Source: Gemmatimonadota bacterium | GTDB lineage: Bacteria > Gemmatimonadota > Gemmatimonadetes > Gemmatimonadales > GWC2-71-9 | NCBI GenBank assembly: GCA_016713435.1 | Contig: JADJPD010000018.1 | Coordinates: forward strand, 5,232 to 69,231 | Length of the DNA: 64,000 nt | Direction: 5' to 3' | The notes under the pieces: generated by a model | Told to the model about the DNA's origin: nothing | Seen by the model: the letters and a program-made list of their open reading frames with translations, nothing else | Databases searched by the model: none | Shown here: positions 56,830 to 64,000 of the stretch, piece by piece | Layout of the letters: every line of letters starts with the position of its first letter | Numbering within the stretch: position 1 is the stretch's first letter | Program-made: the position numbers and the translations under genes

Positions 56830-58760
56830 TCAGGAAGTGGACCGCGCGGCGCCCCGGCGGGCGGCGGCGCGGGCGCGGTGAAGGCAGGAGAGGAACACCT
56901 CCACCTCCGGGTCGGTGAAGATCTCGTCGAGCAGCTTCGTCATGGGGCGCTGCCAGTTGGGGCGCTGGTGCGACGGCGTGCCCGGCAGGTTCACGCCGCG
57001 GTCCTCGAGCCAGAGGTCCTCGAACCAGGGCGCCACCAGCGGGCTGTCCGAGCGGCCGAGCCACTCGAGCAGCTGCACCAGGAAGTGCTTGGGGTCGCCC
57101 ACCTTGGCCTCGAGCGCCCGGGCCAGCCGGGCGGTCGCCTCCGCCCGCTCGGTGACGGTGGCGGGCACCGCCTCCGGCGCCAGCAGGCCGTAGCGCACCC
57201 GGTCCTCGATGTCGGTGCCGGTGAGCCAGCCCTGGAAGGGCGGCGTGTCGTGGGTGCCCACGAGCGCCACGTCCTTGGCCGTGGGGGCCTCCACGCCCGC
57301 CGGGTCGGAGGCCGCGAACTGCGCGAGGTACATCCCCCAGATCCGGTGGCGCGGCAGCGCCTCGAAGATCTCCTTGGGCACCGTGCCCAGATTCTCGCCC
57401 ACCACCTCGGACTTGTGGCGGTGGGACTCGAGGGTGAGCACCGCGAAGAGCTCGTCGGCCGGGTAGGAGACGTAGGTGCCCTGGTGCAGGCCCATGCCGT
57501 GGGGAATCCAGTAGAGCCGGGTCCACGCCATGATGTGGTCCACGCGGAGCACCCCCGCCAGCGACGCCTGGTGCGCGATCGAGGCCGCGATGTACCGGTG
57601 CCCCTCCTGCCGCGACGCCGTGGGCAGGACCGGCGAGAAGCCCCAGTCCTGCCCGCTCGGGAAGCCGCCGTCGGGCGGCGCCCCCACGGACATCCCGCCC
57701 GCGAAGAGCGCCTGCCGGCTCCACGTGTCGAACCCGTCGGGGTGGACGCCCACGGCGAGGTCGAGCCCAGGCGGCTACCGTGCTCATCGAGGCGGCCGCG
57801 GAGGTCGTGGAGCTGACGGCGGACCATGGCCTGCGCCACCAGGTGGAAGCGCTCCTCCTCGGCGTCCACGTGCTCGTCGTCCAGGATGCCGTTCCGGGCG
57901 CCGGCGGGCCAGTCGCGCCAGTTGCGGCCCAGCCGGGCCTGGGCACCGCGGAAGCGGGCGTAGCGGCGCAGCTCGGGATCGGCGCCTTCCGGCGCGGGGA
58001 GGCCGGCCAGCGCGGCGCGCACCTCGGCGTCGGCTGCGGTGACGTTGAGCATGGCCGGGGCGGGCGCCGGCTGGTGCCGGTCGCCCAGGTCGAGGATCAG
58101 CTCCGACCAGAACAGCCGGCTCACCGGGCTGTATGGGCTCGGCTCGGCGGGCGCGGCATTGAAGGTGGGGAGGAGCGGGAGCACGGTGACGAGGTCGCCG
58201 CCGCGCTCGCGGAGCCAGCGGCAGAGGGCCTCGAGGTCGCGCAGGTCGCCGACGGAGCGGCTGCGGCGGGAGCGGAGCGCCGCCAGCTGGGTGCCGACCC
58301 CCCAGCTCCGGTGGGCGCCCGGCCGCTTCCACGACTCGATCGGCGCGGAGATGATGGTGCAGCGCGCGTGGCGCCCGCCGCCATCCACCGTCAGGGTGTG
58401 GTAGCCCGGCGGCAGCGTGCCGGGGATGTGGATGGTGCCGCCGTCGTGGTGCAGGCCCCAGTCGCCCCCGTCTTCGAGCGTGAGCGTGGCGTGCGCCCCG
58501 GTCTCGCCCGGCACCCGGTGCGAGGGGCACTGGCCGTTCCAGGCCACGAGCACCGGCGGCACGAGGTCGGCGGGCCGGGCGGCGAGCGCGCGCAGCGCGG
58601 CCTCGGCCTCCCCCGGGTGACTGATGGGCGCGCCGAGTGAGGCGGCGACGCGCACCAGCGTGTCGGGACCCACCGTGACGTGGCGCTTCAGGCCGTCGAT
58701 GTACTCGGTGGCAATGCCGAGGGCACCGGCGAGCGCGTGCAGGGCTTCGAGGTCGGACAT
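56830..58760 (-). CDS. malQ: 4-alpha-glucanotransferase (GH77), apparent frameshift near 57770
   Basis: SRSVGDLRDLEAL, LPLLPT...SPYSPVSRLFWSE, LRVDHIMAWTRLYWIP, VVGENLGTVP, THDTPPFQGW. Confidence 0.85.
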
Positions 58761-58772
58761 CAGTTGATCAGG

Positions 58773-60848
58773 TCAGTTGAGCGGACGCAGGCGGATGGCC
58801 TGCCCGCCGCCGGGCGCCAGCACCACGCGGAGGCGCGTGGCGCTCGAGACGGTGCGGCGGGTGATGGCCACAGGAAGCGGGTTGTCGAGCCAGTGGGCTC
58901 CGGGCCCGTCGGCGTAGATCTCGGCGGCGTACTGGCGGCCGGGTTCCAGGAAGTCGAGCGGCAGGTCGAGGGTGCGGGCGTCCTCGTCGGTGACGGCGCC
59001 GAGGAACCACTGCCGCCCGCCGCGCGCCCGGCGCGCCACGGCCACGTAGTCGCCGATCCGGGCGTCGAGGACGCGGGTGGTGTCCCAGTCCACGGCGACG
59101 TCGCGGATGAACTGGAAAGCGGCGGGCTGCTTCTCGTAGTTCTCCGGGAGGTCCGCCGCCATCTGGAGCGGCGAGTAGAGCACCACGTAGAGCGCCAGCT
59201 GCTTGGCCAGCGTGGTGCGGACGCGCGCATCCTCCGGGGAGCGGCGGCCGCCGGGACCACTTTCAATGAGCAGATCGAAGATCCCGGGCGTGAAGTCCAT
59301 CGGGCCCGCCAGCAGGCGGGTGAAGAACAGGATCGTCTCGTGCTCGGGCGGGTTGCCGCCGTCGCCGCTCCAGGCGTTGTACTCCTGCCCGCGGCTCCCC
59401 TCGCGGCTCATCATGTTGGGCCAGGTGCGGCGCTCGCCGGTGTCGTGCAGCGGCTCGTGCGCATCGACCATGATGTGGTGGCGGGCCGCGGCCTCGATGA
59501 CGCGGCGGTGATGGCGCACGGCGTACTGCGACCAGTGATCGTGCCCGCCGTCCACCGTGTCGGTGACGTAGCCCGTCTTGATGGCGTGCAGGCCGAGCGA
59601 CTGGTACAGCGCGAAGGCGCTGTCCATCTGCTTCTCGTAGTTGACGATCCCGCCCGAGGTCTCGTTGTGCACGATGAGCGAGACGCCCTTCGACTGCGCG
59701 TACGCGGCGAGGCCGGGGAGGTCGTAGTCGGGGTAGCTCTGGGTGAAGCTGAAGGCCCAGCGGTTCTTGATCCAGTCGCCGTCCCAGCCGGTGTTCCAGC
59801 CCTCCACCAGCACGCCGCCGAAGCCGTTGGCCGCCGCGAAGTCGATGTAGCGCTTCGTGTTCTCGGTGGTGGCGCCGTGCCGGGGGCCGCTGCTCCAGGT
59901 CATGGTGTTGATGTGCATGCCCCACCAGATGCCCACGTACTTCATGGGCTTGATCCAGTCGCTGGGACCGAGCTGGCTCGGCGGGTTGAGCTTGAGGCCG
60001 AGCAGCGACGGCGAGAGATCCACCAGCCGGTCGGCGATCTGCAGGGTGCGCCACGGGGTCCGGAACGGCGTGGTGCCGCGGACCTTGCTGCCGTCGGCCA
60101 TCGGGGCCAGATCGGCGGCGAGGCTCCGGCACTCGATGCAGGCGGGACCCTTGAGGTTCATGCGGGCGTAGTCCTGGAGATCGGCCTCGTGGATCACCAG
60201 GTAGCTGCGGCGGTCACGCGACTCCAGGGTGAGCGGCGTCTGCACGTTCCGGAGCAGGCTCAGCGGGCTCGAGGAGTAGAGCATCTCCGAGCGGTCCATC
60301 CGCGGGCGGTCGGAGGGAATCCACCAGGCGGCGGGGTTGTCCGCGAAGTGGAACTCGGTGAGCTCCTCCATGATGGTGAACTCGCGCAGCGCCGGCTGGC
60401 TCGGGAACTCGTAGCGGAAGCCGATGCCGTCGTTGAAGGCGCGGACCCGGACGATGATCCGGCGCTGCAGCGGGGTCCCGTTCCGGTCCCGCACCACGAC
60501 CCCGGTGTCCTCCTCGGCCACGATGGCGAGCTCGTTGTAGTTCTCCCGCACCGTGGCCACCTCGCCCCAGGGCTGGACCCAGCGGGTGTCCTGGGTGGTG
60601 CGGGCGGAGTCGATGATGACGAGGCCGGAGTCGAGCGGCAGCTCATCCTTGAAGCGGAAGCCGAGCCGGGAGGGAAGAACCAGGTGGCGGCTGTCGCGGT
60701 CGAGCCGCCAGGTGAGGCGGCCATCCCGCACCTCGAGGGTGACGCGGCTCCGCCCGTCGGGCGAAGCCACGGCCACCTGCGCGGGCAGGGAGGTGGCGAG
60801 CGTTGCGAGGAGGCACGCGGACGCGAGGAGGCCGAGGGGGCGGCTCAT
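58773..60848 (-). CDS. GH97 alpha-glucosidase (SusB-like)
   Basis: ATG at 60848 with signal. PWGEVATVRENYNEL, FRYEFP, GFGGVLVEGWNTGWDGDW, IKTGYV, REGSRGQEYNAW. Confidence 0.8.
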   Translation of the reverse strand: MSRPLGLLASACLLATLATSLPAQVAVASPDGRSRVTLEVRDGRLTWRLDRDSRHLVLPSRLGFRFKDELPLDSGLVIIDSARTTQDTRWVQPWGEVATVRENYNELAIVAEEDTGVVVRDRNGTPLQRRIIVRVRAFNDGIGFRYEFPSQPALREFTIMEELTEFHFADNPAAWWIPSDRPRMDRSEMLYSSSPLSLLRNVQTPLTLESRDRRSYLVIHEADLQDYARMNLKGPACIECRSLAADLAPMADGSKVRGTTPFRTPWRTLQIADRLVDLSPSLLGLKLNPPSQLGPSDWIKPMKYVGIWWGMHINTMTWSSGPRHGATTENTKRYIDFAAANGFGGVLVEGWNTGWDGDWIKNRWAFSFTQSYPDYDLPGLAAYAQSKGVSLIVHNETSGGIVNYEKQMDSAFALYQSLGLHAIKTGYVTDTVDGGHDHWSQYAVRHHRRVIEAAARHHIMVDAHEPLHDTGERRTWPNMMSREGSRGQEYNAWSGDGGNPPEHETILFFTRLLAGPMDFTPGIFDLLIESGPGGRRSPEDARVRTTLAKQLALYVVLYSPLQMAADLPENYEKQPAAFQFIRDVAVDWDTTRVLDARIGDYVAVARRARGGRQWFLGAVTDEDARTLDLPLDFLEPGRQYAAEIYADGPGAHWLDNPLPVAITRRTVSSATRLRVVLAPGGGQAIRLRPLN

Positions 60849-61066
60849 GGATCGTACCTGAAGACGGGAAGCGGGTCCGGCCGGAAGCCTGCAACGGGGG
60901 CCGCCCGGCTGGCGCCGGGTGACCGTCGGGAAAAGTAGGGGCCGGTGGGGCGCGAAGCCAGCACATCTTGCGCCGGAGCGCGGGGCGACCGAACATTGGC
61001 CCTGCGGAATGGCCCGCCAGCGGCCGCCGCCCGCCCTTCCCCGCCCCAACGCCAGAGACCCCGCCC

Positions 61067-62776
61067 GTGGACCAGATCCAGCTCGGCGCCGTCGATTACG
61101 CCATCCTGATCGTCTATTTCGCCTTCGTGCTCGGCATCGGCTGGGTGCTGCGGCGGCACGTCAAGAGCAGCGAGGACTTCTTCCTCTCCGGCCGCTCCAT
61201 TCCCACCTGGATCGCCGGCCTGGCGTTCCTGTCCGCCAACCTCGGCGCGCAGGAAGTGATCGGCATGGCGGCCTCGGGGGCCAAGTACGGGATCATGACG
61301 TCCCACTTCTACTGGGTGGGCGCCATTCCGGCGATGGTGTTCGTGGGCGTGTTCATGATGCCGTTCTACTATGGCAGCAAGGCGCGCTCGGTCCCCGAGT
61401 ACCTCCGGCTCCGCTTCGACGAGAAGACCCGCGGCTTCAACGCCATCACCTTCGCGCTGATGACCATCTTCAGCTCGGGGATCTCGATGTACGCGCTGGC
61501 CAAGCTGCTGGAGCTCATCCTGGGCTGGGACTTCAACGCCAGCATCGTGGTCTCGGCCGTGATCGTGCTGGTCTACATCTTCCTCGGCGGCCTCACCTCG
61601 GCCATCTACAACGAGGTGCTGCAGTTCTTCCTCATTGTGCTGGGCTTCCTGCCGCTCGTGCTCCTCGGCCTCAAGGACGTGGGCGGATGGAGCGGGCTGG
61701 TGCAGAAGCTGCACCCGGTGGCCACCAGCGCCGGCTACGCCGAGGGCGCGTGGACCGACAGCTGGAAACACCTGGGAAGCGCGGGGGCCAACCCCATGGG
61801 CGTCGAGTGGTTCGGCATGATGATGGGCCTGGGCTTCGTGCTGAGCTTCGGCTACTGGTGCACGGACTTCCTGGTGGTGCAGCGCGCCATGGCCGCGGAG
61901 AACATGGGCGCGGCGCGGCGGACGCCGGTGCTCGCCGCCATCCCCAAGGCCCTCTTCCCCGCCCTCGTGATCGTGCCCGGCATGATCGCCATCGCGCTGC
62001 ACCACCAGACGGGCGGCTTCCTGCCGATGAACGCCGACGGCACGCCCAACTACAACCTGGCGATGCCCGCGCTCCTCATCCACTACCTGCCGACGGGGCT
62101 CCTGGGCCTGGGCCTCACCGCGCTCATGGCCAGCTTCATGAGCGGCATGGCGGGCAACGTGACGGCCTTCAACACGGTCTGGACGTACGACATCTACCAG
62201 TCGTACATCAAGCCCGGGCAGAGCGACCGGCACTACCTCAGGATGGGTCACGCCGCGACGGTGTTCGGGATCGTGGCGAGCGTGGCGGCGGCGTATGCCA
62301 CCACGCGGTTCAACAACATCATGGACATGCTCCAGCTGGTGTTTGCCTTCGTGAACGCGCCGCTCTTCGCCACCTTCCTGCTCGGCATGTTCTGGCGCCG
62401 GGCCACGGGGCACGGGGCGTTCTACGGGCTGCTGCTCGGCACGCTCGCCGCGGCGGCGCACCATGGCCTCACCCTGCCGGCCGGCGGCGTCCCCGGCATC
62501 AAGGGCGCCTTCCTCGGCGCCGCGCTCCACACCTACCCGAGCGAGATGGCCCAGAACTTCTGGACCGCCATCCTCGCCTGGACCACCTGCTTCCTCGGCA
62601 CCATCGTCATCTCGCTGCTCACCACCTGCCGGAAGACCGACGCCGAGCTGGTGGGGCTGGTGCATTCCCTGACGCCGAAGCCGGCGGAGGGGCACCTGGC
62701 CTGGTACGAGCGGCCGGCCACGCTGGGCGTGGCGGTGTTAGGCCTGACGATCGTCCTCAACCTCATCTTCTGGTGA
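61067..62776 (+). CDS. sodium:solute symporter (SSS/SGLT-like) family transporter
   Basis: GTG at 61067. DFFLSGRSIPTWIAGLAFLSANLGAQEVIGMAASGAKYG. 13-14 TM pattern. Confidence 0.8.
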   Translation: MDQIQLGAVDYAILIVYFAFVLGIGWVLRRHVKSSEDFFLSGRSIPTWIAGLAFLSANLGAQEVIGMAASGAKYGIMTSHFYWVGAIPAMVFVGVFMMPFYYGSKARSVPEYLRLRFDEKTRGFNAITFALMTIFSSGISMYALAKLLELILGWDFNASIVVSAVIVLVYIFLGGLTSAIYNEVLQFFLIVLGFLPLVLLGLKDVGGWSGLVQKLHPVATSAGYAEGAWTDSWKHLGSAGANPMGVEWFGMMMGLGFVLSFGYWCTDFLVVQRAMAAENMGAARRTPVLAAIPKALFPALVIVPGMIAIALHHQTGGFLPMNADGTPNYNLAMPALLIHYLPTGLLGLGLTALMASFMSGMAGNVTAFNTVWTYDIYQSYIKPGQSDRHYLRMGHAATVFGIVASVAAAYATTRFNNIMDMLQLVFAFVNAPLFATFLLGMFWRRATGHGAFYGLLLGTLAAAAHHGLTLPAGGVPGIKGAFLGAALHTYPSEMAQNFWTAILAWTTCFLGTIVISLLTTCRKTDAELVGLVHSLTPKPAEGHLAWYERPATLGVAVLGLTIVLNLIFW

Positions 62777-62783
62777 GCGCGCC

Positions 62784-62984
62784 ATGCAGCTAGACTTGCG
62801 GTTGCCGATGGGGCTCATGTTCAGCGCGTTCGGGGCCCTGCTGACCATCTTCGGGCTGGTCTCGGACGAGGCGCTGTACCAGCGCTCGCTCGGGATCAAC
62901 GTGAACCTCTGGTGGGGCCTCGTGCTCCTCGCCTTCGGGCTGGCCATGCTGGCCCTGGCCCGGAAGGGGCGCACCCGCGCCTGA
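62784..62984 (+). CDS. small two-TM membrane protein downstream of the SSS transporter
   Basis: MGLMFSAFGALLTIFGL and WWGLVLLAFGLAMLAL. Confidence 0.45.
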   Translation: MQLDLRLPMGLMFSAFGALLTIFGLVSDEALYQRSLGINVNLWWGLVLLAFGLAMLALARKGRTRA

Positions 62985-63012
62985 GGTCCCGCCCTACCCT
63001 GGGAGGCCGTCC

Positions 63013-63402
63013 ATGCGTCGTCCTGCCGTGGTGCTCCTTGCCGCCCTGCTCCTCACCGGCGCGTCCGCCTGTGCCCGGCACACGCAGGACAGCGAGGTCG
63101 TCGAGCCCGCCCCGGAGCCGGTGCAGGTGGAGATGAAGAACCTCTTCGCCCTCCCGGTCGAGGTCTATGCCGGCGGCGGCGGGAGCAACTTCCGCCTCGG
63201 CGTGGTGCACCCCGGGATGACGGGCCACTTCAAGGTGCCGCTCAACATCACCCGGAGCGGCTCCACCGAGTTCATGCTCACCACCAACTCCTCCGCCACC
63301 AACCCCTGGAAGTCGGGGCCGATGCTGCTCTCGCCCGGCGTCACCGTGGACATCGTGGCGGCGCAGCGGTTCTTCTCCAGCACGGCCGTCATCCGGCCGT
63401 AG
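63013..63402 (+). CDS. lipoprotein, unknown function
   Basis: Lipobox LLLTGASAC. Confidence 0.55.
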   Translation: MRRPAVVLLAALLLTGASACARHTQDSEVVEPAPEPVQVEMKNLFALPVEVYAGGGGSNFRLGVVHPGMTGHFKVPLNITRSGSTEFMLTTNSSATNPWKSGPMLLSPGVTVDIVAAQRFFSSTAVIRP

Positions 63403-63403
63403 C

Positions 63404-64000
63404 TCAGCGCACCGTGCCGAACTCCAGCCGCACGCTCTCCACTTCCACGCCGTAGGCCCCGGCCGGAGCCCCCGCCTCGGGGCGGAGCGAGAGCTGCAGC
63501 CGCTCCACCCGCGGCAACCGCACGCCGTCCCCCGCCCCGCCGCGGCCCTCCGCCGGCTTCACCCAGTAGCTCCATTGGCCCGGGAATCCCTGCGGCAGCA
63601 GCACGCCCGGGGTGGCCTGCAGCAGGCTGAGCGGGATCACCGCCTCGCCCCAGGTGCTGTCCACCTCGATGGCGGCGGCCCAGGTGGTGCCGTCGTCCTC
63701 CATGAGCGCCACCTGCAGCGCCTGCTGCGCGCCGAGGCCGCGCAGGCGCACGCGGAGCGCGGTGGCGGCGCCGATGGTGGCGCCGCGGCCCTGGATGCGG
63801 TCGCGGATCACCAGCGACGCGGTGTAGTCGCGGAGCCGGCTGCCGTCGTCGTTGGCGGGGATGAGCACGCGGAGCGCGGGGGCCCCAGTGAGGGTCGAGA
63901 GCGTCACCTGGAAGCGGCCGGTGCGGCCGCCGTCGCCCACGCGGGTCCAGGCCAGGTGGCCCACGTCGGCGCCCGCGTCGAAGAGCCGGAGCGGAGTCGT
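63404..64000 (-). CDS. C-terminal part of a larger protein (CBM/CIA30-like beta-sandwich?), 5' end outside the window
   Basis: The frame is open to the window edge (TTPLRLFDAGADVGHLAW...). The domain call is weak. Confidence 0.5.
   Translation of the reverse strand, partial: TTPLRLFDAGADVGHLAWTRVGDGGRTGRFQVTLSTLTGAPALRVLIPANDDGSRLRDYTASLVIRDRIQGRGATIGAATALRVRLRGLGAQQALQVALMEDDGTTWAAAIEVDSTWGEAVIPLSLLQATPGVLLPQGFPGQWSYWVKPAEGRGGAGDGVRLPRVERLQLSLRPEAGAPAGAYGVEVESVRLEFGTVR

Noticed and set aside
58680-62695. Very long ORFs antisense to confident genes, for example 58680..60938(+), 60845..62695(-), 55163..56881(+), 24435..26222(-), 34336..36456(+), 10478..11716(+) and 13169..14278(+).
   Set aside because: Their translations are Arg/Gly/Pro/Ala/His-rich low complexity with no motifs. 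The opposite strand carries clear domain signatures. These are typical shadow ORFs of high-GC DNA.
1-64000. Genome-wide TGA recoding (to Trp or Gly) as an explanation for the in-frame TGAs at 5803 and 32371.
   Set aside because: Many confidently delimited genes end at TGA exactly where homology and translational-coupling overlaps predict, for example padR at 36345, DUF899 at 24254 and the serine hydrolase at 44734. TGA therefore functions as a stop here.

Overview
High-GC bacterial chromosomal segment. The gene content suggests an Acidobacteriota- or Gemmatimonadota-like organism: two ADOP-type orphan FtsX permeases (one PadR-linked), a HAF-repeat protein and many envelope proteins. This taxonomic call is inference only. 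No rRNA, tRNA, CRISPR array, transposase or integrase was recognised.

Main blocks:
- (1) 2.8-7.5 kb is a visibly more A/T-rich block of seven small minus-strand ORFs. Each is followed by an imperfect palindrome bounded by RYYYAAC...GTTRRRY. I read this as an integron-type gene-cassette array lacking an integrase (CALIN-like). Several cassettes are decayed. The block sits between a direct partial duplication of an AAA ATPase gene (about 2400-2775 versus 9215-9716).
- (2) 10-19.9 kb is a co-directional minus-strand cluster of unknown function. It encodes an M15 peptidase, a membrane-anchored S8 subtilase, a large secreted protein with a beta-barrel-like C-terminus, polytopic membrane proteins and CarboxypepD_reg-like proteins.
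- (3) 20-50 kb holds assorted housekeeping and stress genes: TonB-C-like, DoxX, TerB, DUF899-DUF2182, PadR-ADOP, ArsR-SRPBCC, MBL, VOC, RidA, YhhN, GNAT, GAF-PAS-GGDEF, lspA and others.
- (4) 50.5-63 kb is a starch/maltodextrin utilisation locus: a CBM20-esterase, two GH13, an MFS transporter, malQ (GH77), GH97 and an SSS symporter.

Oddities:
- A strand-asymmetric G tract of about 250 bp lies at 46674-46925.
- A 21-nt tandem repeat lies at about 21930-22105.
- A perfect 25-bp inverted repeat lies at 42267-42355.
- Two in-frame TGA codons interrupt otherwise coherent ORFs.
- At least 15 otherwise intact genes carry apparent frameshifts. This could be an assembly indel problem rather than biology.

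All family assignments come from reading motifs by eye. No searches were run.
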